From the IMG/VR virus record IMGVR_UViG_3300006735_000023, positions 1 to 64,000 of that record: a stretch of 64,000 nt of DNA. One strand, 5' to 3'. Of this stretch, positions 1 through 12,800 are shown one piece after another. Position 1 is the first letter of the stretch; every line of letters begins with the position of its first letter. The position numbers and the translations under genes were made by a program. Source of the stretch: a virus. The notes under the pieces are model-generated. The model saw nothing but the letters and a program-made list of their open reading frames with translations, searched no databases and was not told the DNA's origin.

Positions 1-2188
1 AAAACTTAAATCATTTTATCTAGAAATAGATAAAGGAGTTAGGTTAACCACAGAATCCTTAGGTTTATCGGCAGGTTCTTCAGACATTCTTAGACAAAAT
101 TTATTAGATGCTTCACAATACGCGGCTAGATTTGGTGTTACCGTTGCTGAAATGGCTAAAGTACAAAAAGATATTGCTAGAGTAACAGGAAGAAATTTAT
201 TAGCTTCTAGAAAGAATTTTGAAGCAATATCAGGTATGGTAAAATTAATACCAGATATTGGTGATATTATAGGTGAATTAAATAAATTTGGTTATAACAT
301 GGAAGACTCCATGAAATTAGTTGAAGAAGTTTATAACTACGCTGGTAAGATAGGGTTAAATGCCGAAGAATTTAGTAAAAACTTTAGAAAAAACTACCAA
401 CTAGCGTCTAGATTTAGATTCAAAAATGGTATCGCTGACCTTAAGAAAATAACTGGGGAAGCCCAAAGGTTAATGACAAATATGGAATCTATTGCTGGAT
501 TCGCAGATAAAGTTTTTAGACCAGAGGGGGCAATTGAGGCAGCTGCTCAATTACAAGTATTAGGGGGTCAATTTGGGAAACTAGGAGACCCTTTCAAACT
601 AATGCATATGGCCAGAAATGATATGGCAGGTTTTGTTGATGAAGTAATGAATGCAACCAAATTTACAGCATTTTTTAATAAACAAACAGGAGAATTTGAT
701 TTGGCGGCCTCAGATTTAGATCGACTAAGAGAATTGGCTAAAATTACCGGTGAGGACTTCAAAACTTTAGCAGATAGGGCACTTCTACAATCCCAGTTCG
801 GAATGATTGACCAACAAATACGAGCAAGAGTTAGTGCTGAAGATAGGTTAATGATACAAAATATGGCTAAGGTTGGTAAAGATGGTAGATTTACAATGGA
901 GATTAAAGATGCATACGGACACGTACAAAAAGTAGTAGACGTTTCTAAACTAACTCCAGAAATGATTAAAGAAATGAGAGAAAATCAAAAAGCTCTAGAG
1001 GCCCGTTCTAAAGATTTAATGACATTCCAAGAAAACTTTGACGCAGTTGCTAATATGTTAAGATTAACACTTTTACCAGTAATGGAACTTCTTGGTGGTC
1101 TTGCACGTGATTTATCAGAATGGTTGGCAAATCTTAGCGATAGGATGAAAACAGTAATTTCTGTTGGTGTTATAGCATTGGGTGCTTTTTTCGCCTATAA
1201 ATCTATGACAATTGCTGGAGGAATTTTTGGAGCCGCAGCTGGAAGAGCGATGGCAATGACTGGAGGAATGGCAGGTGGTGCGGGAATGGCGAGTGGTTCT
1301 CAAATGTTAGGTGCTGGTAAGATGCAAAAAGCTAGATTACTTGGTACTGCTGCGGTTATCGCAGCCATTGGGGCGGCGGTTATGATGGTAGGTGCTGGTG
1401 TTAATTTTGCAACTAAAGGATTTGCTAGATTGGCCGAGAGTATGGCTTCATTACCAGTTACACACTTACAAGCTTTTAGTGATATAGTTAGTACTATTAT
1501 GTGGTCAATGACCGCAATGATTGGAATATTAGCTTTAACCGCTGCTGGTTTAATGGCGTTTGGTGCGATGGCTACAACTCCAGTAATGTGGGCGGCTGTT
1601 GGAGTGTTACTTGCAATAGGAGGTGCCGCGTTAATGTTAGGAGGTGGTATTGCTTTGGCGAGTTATGGTATGTCTCTTCTAGTCGCAGAAATGGCTAAAT
1701 TGGGAGATTTTGCTGGAATAGGAATGGAAATGTTATTAATGTCCGCAGCAATAGCGACTTTAGGTTTATCTTTGGCGGCGTTAGGTTATACTTTAATGAA
1801 CCCATTCGGTGCTGTTGGTGCAGTTGCTGGAATGGGAATATTATGGGCGTTTAGTGAAATGGGACCAAACCTACAAAAAGCAGGTGAAGGGGCAAAACTA
1901 TTAACTACAAATTTATATAAATTAGGTGGTGCAGTATCATCTTTAGGAGATGATAATATGGGAGGGGCTCTAGGAAAACTAGAAAGAATTTCAAATTTAG
2001 TACAGAACACCAAAACAAACCCTATAAGAGTACTAGTTGAAGGAGATTTAGGAGGTAAGTTAGATCTAGATGTTGTTGGAGATTCAGGACTAAGAAAAAT
2101 ATTATTAAATGATGGTAGATTCCTAAGAGACCTAACAGAAGAAATAGAAGAAAGATTAAATCTTGACGCTAAAATAAGTGGAAAATAA
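1..2188 (+). CDS. Tail tape-measure protein, 5'-truncated by the window edge
   Basis: Frame is open from position 2 to the listed ATG at 152. Helical charged N-part followed by a long Ala/Gly-rich hydrophobic C-part; lies directly upstream of baseplate genes. Confidence 0.8.
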   Translation, partial: KLKSFYLEIDKGVRLTTESLGLSAGSSDILRQNLLDASQYAARFGVTVAEMAKVQKDIARVTGRNLLASRKNFEAISGMVKLIPDIGDIIGELNKFGYNMEDSMKLVEEVYNYAGKIGLNAEEFSKNFRKNYQLASRFRFKNGIADLKKITGEAQRLMTNMESIAGFADKVFRPEGAIEAAAQLQVLGGQFGKLGDPFKLMHMARNDMAGFVDEVMNATKFTAFFNKQTGEFDLAASDLDRLRELAKITGEDFKTLADRALLQSQFGMIDQQIRARVSAEDRLMIQNMAKVGKDGRFTMEIKDAYGHVQKVVDVSKLTPEMIKEMRENQKALEARSKDLMTFQENFDAVANMLRLTLLPVMELLGGLARDLSEWLANLSDRMKTVISVGVIALGAFFAYKSMTIAGGIFGAAAGRAMAMTGGMAGGAGMASGSQMLGAGKMQKARLLGTAAVIAAIGAAVMMVGAGVNFATKGFARLAESMASLPVTHLQAFSDIVSTIMWSMTAMIGILALTAAGLMAFGAMATTPVMWAAVGVLLAIGGAALMLGGGIALASYGMSLLVAEMAKLGDFAGIGMEMLLMSAAIATLGLSLAALGYTLMNPFGAVGAVAGMGILWAFSEMGPNLQKAGEGAKLLTTNLYKLGGAVSSLGDDNMGGALGKLERISNLVQNTKTNPIRVLVEGDLGGKLDLDVVGDSGLRKILLNDGRFLRDLTEEIEERLNLDAKISGK

Positions 2189-2238
2189 TTTTATGAAATC
2201 ATTTGATTCAAAAATTCTCCATAAAAGTTAATTAAAAA

Positions 2239-2246
2239 TATTTATT
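2239..2246 (+). promoter_or_regulatory. Putative phage late promoter core (TATTTAT)
   Basis: Motif recurs in most intergenic gaps, typically about 20 nt before the ATG. Confidence 0.5.
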
Positions 2247-2258
2247 CTAAAAGGGATT

Positions 2259-5200
2259 ATGCCAACAAATATAGATAATGTATTAATTCAAGGAGTACCT
2301 ACAGTTACAACCACAGAGGAACTAAGAGAGTGGTTACTTAATAGGAACCTCCCAAATGTAATCACAGAAGACGGATTCCAACAAAACATTGAAATGTTTG
2401 AAGAATCTTCTCTCTTGTTTGAGGAGTCAAACAATGCTCTTTTCCAAAGTAGTATTGTTTCAAATACTTTTTTCCAAACAGGATTTTATTATGATGCGGG
2501 TGTAAATTTAGGGGCTAATTCAGGACCTATCTATTCTGACACAAACTTAGGTGAACTCAACATAGACACAGTAACTAATGTCGTTGGTGACCAAATGCCA
2601 CACATTGAATGTGAATTACCACCGTATATATTTCCTATTGTAGCTAGTAGTTTATGTGAAATAAATTTATTTAGTAGTGAACAAGAATATACGGCTAATG
2701 GTCAAGATTATTATAATGTACCTACTTCAGATGGTACTCCAGTTTCGGATATGTATAACCCAGATAATTTTACAAAATTACCACCATCACAGGCACGAAA
2801 TACATACAATAACTTTACGGCATTAAATCAGTATGGTTTTAATTCGCTCGATATCATCACTAGAACTCAAGCACAAAATCCTGCAGATAACCCTTATTCA
2901 TGGTTTATGAATAACCCAACAATGTATGACTTGTTTATCTCTCCAGATTTTGATGGTAACTTTATGAGATTTGATGCTACAGCTTTGGAGTTGACCAGAT
3001 TAGATCAACATTTTTATGGTCTAAAGATAGACCAACGTGGTTTTGAGTTTAATAATGCTTCTGCTCCTGACGGTTCAGGTATAAAAACTTTTTACACACC
3101 ACTACAACCATATAATCAAGGTAGTTCAGAGGCACCATCAACCCTTATTCAAAATACAAGAATTTTAGAACAGTTTATATTAGGGTCTTACGGTAGTAGA
3201 ATTACAAGAGACGCTCTTTTATTAAGAAATAAATTTGCTTCAGATAATATGTATCTTTCTAATAGGTTTGGTGTAGGAGGGATAGATTCTATTGAAGGTG
3301 CTGTTTCCTTAAATAATGATTATTTAAGTTTAGCCTGGGTACAATCCGGTCCACGTAAACCAAAATCAAATACGAATTATTTTGTTGCTCAATTAAATTT
3401 AGCTAACTTAGACCCAACAAGATTAGCGGGTTCACTTTCAGATCCAGTAATTGATCCTAACTTTGGACAAGATAGGGCACTTGTACAAGAGTTTGATATT
3501 TCTGATAGATATAAAAATATAGAAAGTGCTGAAACATGGGTACCAGACCAATTTAGAGAACCAGGTTCCTACCCTCAAGATATAGGAAATCAGGGGTTAT
3601 TAAATTACACACAACGAATTGTAAACCTATCATCTTCAGGTACAACAGCTACAAACACTAATGTTGGTGATAGTATTAGGCAAGATACATCATATCTTAA
3701 AACCGCTAGAGGTACTGTTAGTAGAGGTTCAGGAATAGATAGTTACAGTAACGATAGTAATCGACCATATGCTAGAAGTTGGGTTAGAACAGATAAGTAT
3801 GGGGCTAAAAGAGGGGAAAGACCAAGAAACTATTCACGTTACGATGCTCTTTTGAGACACCAGAGATTAATTAAAGAAAGTACTGGTTGGAGTAAAGGTG
3901 CGAGTGTTATAAGTGATGTAGGAGGGGCTCATATGGCACCTAATGATAGGACGGACACAAAAAACTTTATGTTTTCCATAGAAAATTTAGCTTGGAAAGA
4001 CCACGCATTAGAAAACTTAGCTTCTCATGAAATAGGACCTAATGGTGGTAGATTGATGTGGTTTCCACCTTATATAGAAAGTTGGACAGAAAACAGTAGT
4101 GCAAATTGGACACAGACTGATTTCTTAGGAAGAATGGAACCTATATTCACATATAAAAATTCTTTTAGACAAGCAAACTTAAACTTTATGATGGTGACTG
4201 ATTATCCGGAAGTTTTAGATAATATTGTTCCTGATTTTGAAGGTAGAAACGCCGATATGCAAGCTGCACAATTTTTTGGTGGTGAAGATTTTGATGCAAA
4301 ATACAGAGATATTATTTTAGAGGGTAAACCTTGGGTTGGTAATACAGAGTTTGAGGGACAAATGAATGAAGTTATAAACGCAGGAGAAAAAGATGCTTCG
4401 GAATTTCTTCCTGAAATAACAGAGGCGGTACCAGGCAATTATGATACTATACCTACAACACTATACTATTTTAGTGGTTGTACGGAAATAGGGTCTAGAA
4501 CTTTTTGGAATTGGCCTTATTCACCCGACCAAGAATTTTCTTTTGAGTGTTCGAATTGTGGTTATTTATGGGAAGGACAATATCAGGCAGTCACTGAAGA
4601 TACGGCATTTAAGTCAAGAGGAGGAACAGCAAAAATTGGGGCAAAAACAAGAGTAAATGAAATGGCTCAATTTTTAGCAACTGACCATGGAAAAAGATAC
4701 AAAGTAGTTTTTACATATTATAAAGCTCCAGTAAGGGACTATATGTCAATGCAAATACAAGACTACCAAGCAAATAATGGACAATGGTTTACCGAGTCAT
4801 TACCTACAGAGACACCACTTTCAGAAGAAGCTATTGAGTTGGTTAATAAAGATTACCAAACCTGTGGTCCTATAAGGGCGGCTAGATTATTACAAGGATT
4901 TAACCCGTTGGTAGTTGCTGCAGAAAGTGCGACCACAACAACAGAAACTTGGTACTCTGATGAAGACCCACCAGAAGGTAGATATGAAATAAAATTTGGT
5001 GGAGACTCTAGTTATGATGATATATTATTAGAAAAACTAGTAACTTCTGGTAGTACAGTTTATCCAGGACACATACACGCTATTCCTGTCACAATTCATT
5101 TAGAATTAAATAACGAATTAGTGTCTACAGAAGCTGTGGAAGCAGCCACTGCGGAATTTGAACAAAGAAAAACTACAGTAAGGGATAATTATACAGATGC

Positions 5201-6539
5201 TGGTAACTATAGGATACCAGACGGTACTTTTTTTGAGGCTTTAGAACAACAAGATTTATTCGCTTATAATAATTATAAAGACAATATAAAAAACTTTCAT
5301 CCTGCGTTTCACTCCATTCACCCTTGTGCTTTTAACTCAAGAATGACATTCCTAAATCAATGTCTTAGGGCGGGACCATCTTTAGAGGGTACTGTTGGAC
5401 CAAATAACATGTCATTTGGTAGACCACCAATATGTGTTTTAAGGTTAGGAGATTTTTATCATTGTAAAGTTGTTATTAATAATATAGATTTTAGTTATGA
5501 ACAACCTTTCTGGGATCTTAATCCTGAGGGTATTGGAGCACAACCATGGATAGTAAGAGTCTCGATGCAATTTTTTATAGTGGGAGGTATGAGTTTAGCT
5601 GGTCCACTTTCACAATTACAAAACGCAGTTTCATTCAACTATTTTGCAAATACTGAATTATGTGAAATGGATAGGTCAAATCCAAATATTGGTAAAGAGA
5701 AAGAAGAGGAAATTGTGATAGAAGAACAACCTACTGGTTGTCCTTGTGATGGTACAATAGACGGACATCCGGCTGGTACAACAAATGACGCATGTTGTGT
5801 TGAGGACGTTGAGGAATTTGATAGTACTGGTGGAGATCAATTTGATAGCACAGGTGGAGATCAATTTGATAGCACAGGTGGAGATCAATTTGATAGTACT
5901 GGTGGGGATGAATTTGATAGTACTGGGGCAGACGATATTGAGTATGGTTTGGTTTGGGAAGGTGCAATAGGTAGTGTAAAACTAACAGGAATGTATGATA
6001 ACGGCCCACAAGACGGGTACTTTACAGATAATTCGAATATCCAAGCTGGTAAGCAGTTCTGGATGGCCATTGGACTTGCTAGACTTGAAAATAATACTTG
6101 GAAATTAGTATATGGTTTTGAAGGTGGTGGTTCTATAGCAAGAGGACAAAATGGGGTAACAGTTTCACCTGCGGCGATGCCTCCTCGAGAAATGTTTGAG
6201 ATAGTAATAAATTCAGATGGTAACGAATGTTTAGAAGCACAAACTGCTGGTTGTACAGCGTTAAATGATGCGATTACATACGCTATACAACATAATGAAA
6301 GTATAATTAGTGGATGGTTTAATGACCAAGCACAAACCTATTTTGCTAAATCTGGTTGTGATAATACAGGTGGTAATGAGTGTCCTAGAGTCGTGGTAGA
6401 TTATTGTGTTGATATGTATACGGGAGAGCCTTATAATAATAGTACTTTTGAACAATGTCTGACCAATCCAAACGGTACAAATTACACTGAAAGTGATAAT
6501 AATGGAGGTAGAGAAATCTATTCACTAACAGGGAATTAA
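2259..6539 (+). CDS. Baseplate/tail-tube-initiator-like structural protein (1426 aa)
   Basis: Position between tape measure and LysM-like gene. Motifs W..TDFLGR.EPIFTY.N..R and PPICVLRLGDFY..KVVI....FSY resemble tube-initiator (gp48/gp54, CIS-tube-like) domains. Confidence 0.6.
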   Translation: MPTNIDNVLIQGVPTVTTTEELREWLLNRNLPNVITEDGFQQNIEMFEESSLLFEESNNALFQSSIVSNTFFQTGFYYDAGVNLGANSGPIYSDTNLGELNIDTVTNVVGDQMPHIECELPPYIFPIVASSLCEINLFSSEQEYTANGQDYYNVPTSDGTPVSDMYNPDNFTKLPPSQARNTYNNFTALNQYGFNSLDIITRTQAQNPADNPYSWFMNNPTMYDLFISPDFDGNFMRFDATALELTRLDQHFYGLKIDQRGFEFNNASAPDGSGIKTFYTPLQPYNQGSSEAPSTLIQNTRILEQFILGSYGSRITRDALLLRNKFASDNMYLSNRFGVGGIDSIEGAVSLNNDYLSLAWVQSGPRKPKSNTNYFVAQLNLANLDPTRLAGSLSDPVIDPNFGQDRALVQEFDISDRYKNIESAETWVPDQFREPGSYPQDIGNQGLLNYTQRIVNLSSSGTTATNTNVGDSIRQDTSYLKTARGTVSRGSGIDSYSNDSNRPYARSWVRTDKYGAKRGERPRNYSRYDALLRHQRLIKESTGWSKGASVISDVGGAHMAPNDRTDTKNFMFSIENLAWKDHALENLASHEIGPNGGRLMWFPPYIESWTENSSANWTQTDFLGRMEPIFTYKNSFRQANLNFMMVTDYPEVLDNIVPDFEGRNADMQAAQFFGGEDFDAKYRDIILEGKPWVGNTEFEGQMNEVINAGEKDASEFLPEITEAVPGNYDTIPTTLYYFSGCTEIGSRTFWNWPYSPDQEFSFECSNCGYLWEGQYQAVTEDTAFKSRGGTAKIGAKTRVNEMAQFLATDHGKRYKVVFTYYKAPVRDYMSMQIQDYQANNGQWFTESLPTETPLSEEAIELVNKDYQTCGPIRAARLLQGFNPLVVAAESATTTTETWYSDEDPPEGRYEIKFGGDSSYDDILLEKLVTSGSTVYPGHIHAIPVTIHLELNNELVSTEAVEAATAEFEQRKTTVRDNYTDAGNYRIPDGTFFEALEQQDLFAYNNYKDNIKNFHPAFHSIHPCAFNSRMTFLNQCLRAGPSLEGTVGPNNMSFGRPPICVLRLGDFYHCKVVINNIDFSYEQPFWDLNPEGIGAQPWIVRVSMQFFIVGGMSLAGPLSQLQNAVSFNYFANTELCEMDRSNPNIGKEKEEEIVIEEQPTGCPCDGTIDGHPAGTTNDACCVEDVEEFDSTGGDQFDSTGGDQFDSTGGDQFDSTGGDEFDSTGADDIEYGLVWEGAIGSVKLTGMYDNGPQDGYFTDNSNIQAGKQFWMAIGLARLENNTWKLVYGFEGGGSIARGQNGVTVSPAAMPPREMFEIVINSDGNECLEAQTAGCTALNDAITYAIQHNESIISGWFNDQAQTYFAKSGCDNTGGNECPRVVVDYCVDMYTGEPYNNSTFEQCLTNPNGTNYTESDNNGGREIYSLTGN
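5814..5933 (+). repeat. In-frame tandem repeat, 5 x 24 nt, encoding (E/Q)FDSTG(G/A)D
   Basis: caatttgatagcacaggtggagat and close variants, contiguous, no spacers. Confidence 0.95.
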
Positions 6540-6550
6540 AATAAAATAAT

Positions 6551-6871
6551 ATGAGTTTATATTACAATAGATATTACAAAATGACAGGACCAGGAGGTAA
6601 GTCTAAACCTATGCCATTCATAAAACTACAGATAAAACCAACAGATAAATATGAAACATATAAAATAGGTGTAACTAGATTTGATAAACTGAGTCAAAAA
6701 TATTATGGAAATTCTCTACACGGATGGTTAATAATGTTAGCAAATGGAGAAAAAGGTGGATTAGAATTTACTATAAAAGACGGAGATGTGATAAGAATCC
6801 CTTTTCCCTTCAAAGAAACTTTACAAGAATACGAAGATGCAGTAAATAGGTACATTAAACTAAATGGTTAG
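6551..6871 (+). CDS. LysM-like baseplate wedge protein (gp53/tail X-like)
   Basis: RFDKLSQKYYG....WLIMLAN...I.DGDVIRIP pattern; located just before the hub gene. Confidence 0.75.
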   Translation: MSLYYNRYYKMTGPGGKSKPMPFIKLQIKPTDKYETYKIGVTRFDKLSQKYYGNSLHGWLIMLANGEKGGLEFTIKDGDVIRIPFPFKETLQEYEDAVNRYIKLNG

Positions 6872-6873
6872 AA

Positions 6874-9800
6874 ATGGGAATACAATTAATAGATCCTAAT
6901 GAGGAAATAAGAAAATACATTAAAGGACAGGCTAATCTACCATATCCTACCGATATTAACAAGGGGCCCGTTATAGTTCCGCCTGAAGATTTAGTTATGT
7001 ATGTGGATTTAGAGGTAATACTTCCGGGGAGAAGTGTTATTGTTGATGATTCTGCTTCACAAAATCAAAAAAGATCACATATTGGATTTGTAGTACCAAA
7101 AAAAGGACAACTCCCTGGTAGAGACGAAACAGAAAGAAATCAAAAACCTTATAGTCCAGATGATAACTATGGAGGATTAGGAACCTCTTGGACAAACATT
7201 GGTGGACTTTCAGGATTTATGAAAAATAAAGACAATAGTTATGTAAATCAGGACGAATTTGGGAGTTTTCAAAAATCAGGAGATTGGAACGAAACCTTTG
7301 GAATAACAGATATTTCTATAAAGTTAAATGCTTCTTTTGAACCACAAGTTTTTATAAATTTTGTGGACATTAGAGGGGCTACTTTAATGGAACCAGGACT
7401 TAATTCTCCTTACGCCGCATTTTTTCATATGCCATACCCTTTATTTACTTTAACAGTTAAAGGATTTTACGGTCAAGGTATTTCATACAAATTACACCTT
7501 ATGAAGTTTAATTCTAAATTTGATGCAGAAACTGGTAATTTTAATATATCTTGTGAATTTATTGGTTTCACCTTTACCTATTTAGCTGATATACCAGCAA
7601 TTTATGCAGATGTCGGTCCTGATATGATGGTACATTATCATGGAGTAGGAGGAGGGAAAGACCCAGCTAAGCCATGGCCCGAAGGTTCTATGACTCTAGG
7701 TACTTACATTTCCAATATTGCAGATATGGCAACTAAAATGGATGCTTATGCTGAAGACGCAGAAACCATAGAGTATAATGATATGAATTTTGCTCTAGAC
7801 TCTCTTAGAGTAATTAGAGGACACTGGAGTTTAGTAATATCAGATTTATTAGAAAGTGGAGGAGAAAAAACATATACCTATAGTGAAGAAGAAAAAAAGA
7901 TAACAGTTTCCGCTTGTGTAGTGGAACCAAGCTCAACAGATCCAACTAAAGACGTTAATGGTGACCCAATACCAACCGGAGAACACCCCGATCTTTTAAT
8001 TACCTCTGGTACTAAACGTGCAGAAAATGCAAATGATGCGTATAGAAAATTATATATAGCTTTTGAAGGACATGACCAAAAAGTACAAGACAATGCAAGA
8101 GTTCAAGAGTTAAATGGTACAAACGCAATGAAAGTCTACGCAACCGATGTGTTTGATGAAATTGCTGAAACAACAGCAATTAGTAAATTACAAGATAAAA
8201 ATTACCCAAGTATTAATGACATAAGCACTTCTGCTTATGCTGGTTCACTACCTTGTGATAAAAATTTAGATGGTACGATCGCAGACGATGAAAAAACATC
8301 TTGTTGGGGATGTGTACAAGTAGACGGTAAAAAATTCTTATTAGACTTAGATAAAACTATTAAAAAAGCAGAACTTTTACTTGCACAATTAAAAAAGAAA
8401 AAATTAGAATCAGAAAATGATATAAAATTAGGGGCTTTAGTTATGCCACCTACACTTGAAAATATATTTAAGATGTTATGTAACGGTGTCGGAGGATTTA
8501 ATTGGTCACTAAATAACGTATCCGAGTTAGCAGATACACAACATCAAGAAGATCCATATCTAAAAGATCTTTTACTTAAAAATCCTACTACCGGTTCAGA
8601 TATAAAAGAAAATGCTGAAAGAATTTTTTCTTGGCCTTTAGTTTATAAAACAAAAGAAGATAGAGTAGATAAAGAGGTTAACACAGGTATTATTAAAAAA
8701 CAAAATGTAACCAGGTTTGAAAAAGTTTTTCCAGGGGCTAAAATAAGTCAAGACATATATGAATATCCTGAATATACTACAGATCCTTATTTTTGGCCCG
8801 AAATAGGATTTATAGAACTACTAATTAATACAATCATTAAAAAAACTAAATTATTGAATGTGGAGTGGAATCCAGACGATAATGAATTTAGTTCACAAGG
8901 TGAATCTTACATTCCCGCAATAATTGAAGAAACACCAGGGGTGACTAATCCTTATAAAGGTTTAGAGGATGTAAAACTACAAATTATTCCCTTAATGGCT
9001 TTAAGAACTCTTCTTAGATTAGGACATAGTAATCATTTTATGATGGAAGATGAGGAGAAAATATCGATACTAGGAGATACACTAGCTTCTTCGATTGAAA
9101 TCTATGGTCCAAAATTTACTAAAACAAAAAGAGATGAGGCGATAAAAATATTAGGAGAGGCGGAGGCAGAGGCTTTAATTGTCGGAGTACAAGATTCTAA
9201 TGAAACTAAAGAAAGATTACGAGAATTATTTACAGTTTTAACTGGAGAATTAAGAGAAAGTAATGATGGTTCGGCAAAGGTAGCTAGGAAAAAAGCAATG
9301 GAATTATTAAAAAAAGCCGGTTATAAAACAGGTGAGGTTACCGGTGAAAAAGTTTACTATACTAGAGGAGGGAGTAACGACGATATAGTACAAAATGAGG
9401 ATGGTACAGTTGAGAAAGGAACTTATAGTTTTTATGGAACACAAGGTAAACTTAGTGGTAAGCAAATTACAAGAGATGGAGGATACTACTTACCAAATGT
9501 ATTGGAAGAACTAAGTACAAACATATTTTTTCATCCTTGTGGAACAGAGGCAGGAGCCAATACTAATATGACAACATGTCCTGGTTTTTTTATAAGTGAT
9601 GTTAGTTCATATGAAATTAATGCTAGTGTTATAAGTCCCGAACAAGAAAAAACACTTGAAAAAGAAAAGTCTGCGATGGAAGATTACTATGAAAGTGGAT
9701 ATGGGGTTTCTGAATACTCACCTTCTATAAAGTTATATGTGGGTCCACAAGGTACTTTAGATTATGATTGGAAAAAATGGTTAGGTTGGGATTTTTACTC

Positions 9801-12800
9801 ATTTTGGTCAGCCGATAACTATAAGGAAGAAGTTAAAAACGGAAGAAATAATAATGATACCACTGGGAAAAACCACATAACCCCAGACCAATGGATTAGT
9901 TTAAGTGTAATATACAGTGATCCTACTAAAATTATGAATATTGGAGGTGGGGGAGACTATTTACAAACACCATCTGGCCCAACATTCAAAAATTGTTATA
10001 ATTCCGATTCACAAGTATTATTAATGGAAGATTCCCTATTCATTAAAAATGACGTTGACTCCAATAATCCAAATTATAATTATGATGCAATTGCCCCATA
10101 TAGTACTGCCGCAGATACAGACGGATACCTTAAGGCTAAGGTAGGTAATGGTAGTGGAGTGGTGGATAAAAAGAAAGCTAGTAATTTAGCTTTAGGATAC
10201 CTATTCATTAATTCTGTAGGAAAATACTACTCGACAAGACCAATGTACCATTTTAGTGATAACCATTACGCAGATATGTGGAACATATTAAAAATGTTCA
10301 ATCAAGTATCTGGGTACGTTACATTACCACAATCAGTTATATTACAAATGGGTTCTTGGATTTATAGATATGAAGAAACAGAAGATATCATTAAATGGCC
10401 AAACTACTTTAGTGCTGAAGGAACTAAAACCACAACAGGTATCAACTACTATAAAATACCAACAAAAGGGGAAAGACCTATGCCAGAATCTTCATTTTAT
10501 GCTGAAGGTGATGTAGGTGGTAATATTTGGGCAGGAACAAAATGGGCACAGAATGGGACCAACGCAGGAAGACAATCATGTCGAGAAGTCAAACATAAAT
10601 ACATAAATAACTGGCATTTAACTAATAAATTACATTTTATCCACAAACCTAAGGGATGGAGTCATGACACAGGAGGATCAAGTACTACGGCAGGTACTGT
10701 AAAATATGATGATATAACCAAAGCTATAGGTAATCTACCAGAATACATAAAAAGCCAACTAAAAGAATTTTTTATACAATGGGCTTTAGGAGAGACCATT
10801 ATGGAAAATGATGTATATAGTCTTGAACCTTCATTCCCTACAATAAAAGAATCTTTATTAGAAGAAACTGTAATTGAAAATTTACATGGTAAAACAGGTA
10901 AGTGTGCAGTACAAGGTTTTCCTACTTATGGTACTTTAGCTTCTAATAATGATGCACAACCTCTAGGACAAATTTTTCCTACTAACTTATTACCATCAAC
11001 CAGGTTATGGACAAGTTATTGTGCGAATAATACATTAACAGGTTATGGTAAAAGTGATCATGAAACTTTAGGGGGTCACGGAATACAATTTAATAGAGGT
11101 ATTTGTCCTCTTTATCATGAGGCCCCAGCCATGTATGGACAAGCTCAAGCTTGGTTACCTGGTAGTGAAAATATAAATGGAAATGGTGTGGTTACTTTTG
11201 TTACAAGAGAGTTAACCGAAGAGTACAAAGATAATAAGGGACGTTATGTTGTTAAACCATTTGCTCTTGCAAATACCTGGACTCAGCCACTTTTATTTAA
11301 CGGTTACACAAACTGGCAAATAAATCACCAAGCTGAACAAACTAAGGTTCAAAAATTTTTTAGAAGAGGATTCGGATGGATGGATAGCATTTTTGGTACT
11401 GGAGAATTACTTACAATTGTCGACTATGATACCGCTATAAACTACTATTCAAAAATACAACATGAAGACGAAAATGATGACCCAGTTTTAGTAAAAACAT
11501 TATATGATTATGCTATGGGATTACAAAAATACTATTTTGTAAGAAAAGTTAGTCACACAAATGATGTAATAGCATTTGCCTCAAGGGCACCATATAAATC
11601 TCAAACAAGAAATGGGGTTACAACCATTAATAATGCAGTTGATGGTTTTCCTTTAGGTGGAAGTTCTGTTTATAAGAATATACAATATATGAATCCTATA
11701 TCGGCACAATGGGGTCCAGATAAAAAAGAAGATGAAGTTTATGCGATTGCAAATTTATACGACTTAGGAGACGGGTTTTGGAATTGGTTTGAACCAGAAG
11801 TAACAGCAAAACCAACATTTTATGTTCCAAAATATTTCCAAGATGCAAATAGTACAGATAAAACAAATGAAGTAATAGAAAATGAACTATGGTTAAATTT
11901 AAGAACCATGATGTCAAATAACGTCGTTGTTAAAAACCCAACTTGGAGAAATTGGATGGGAATGGATGAAAATGCAATGAATGGGGCGGGAGATACCGCT
12001 CGTGATCTTGTCTATACAAATGAGGAATTATTAGATGTTTTTTATGGTGCTTTAATTAAAAGAATAGAAACATACGTAAATGAAGGAGGTTTAGCACAAA
12101 CAATTACTGCTAAGGCAAAAATGGAAGATATTCTTAATGATAACGATATTAAATTAGATACTTACCTTACAGTTAAAAATTTACACGATAAATGGATGAC
12201 TCCGAGTGCAAGTGCGATGAAGACCAATAATTTATCTTATAGTGGAGAAGATGCCACCAAAATAGATTGGTTATTTAGTCAGTTTAGTTTTGTTGATAGA
12301 GCGTATAATTGGATAGGACAAAAATACATCGACCCAACGCCACTACTTAACTTAAAAAATAACCCTAAAATAAGTTTATATACCTTAATATATGATTTAA
12401 TAAGTCATAATTCCTTTGAATTTTTCCCGTTACCTTCTAATATTGAATTTGCGGACGATAATGCTTTTAGTAAAATGTTTACACCTCATTTAACAGTTGA
12501 TGGGGACGCCGTTAGTAAAAACCCAAGATTCTACATTATGTATATGGGGGGATTCTCAGATAGTTTAGATATTGATTCACCAGATTATCAATTTAATAAT
12601 GATGGATTTGATATAGATGATGAGTGTATTGATTGTCCACCTGATTATTTTGGTGCAAAACAAAGAGTTGCTCATTTAGGTGCATTATCTTCTGGAGTTT
12701 TATTAGTTTCAGGACAAGCTAAAAGTGTGGGAGGTACAGGATACCAACCAGGGGTAATGATAGATGCCCCAGTTATTATTCCACAAGCTGGCACTTGGGA

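Noticed and set aside
5814-5933. Possible CRISPR array
   Set aside because: The 24-nt units are contiguous with no unique spacers and encode an in-frame peptide repeat.
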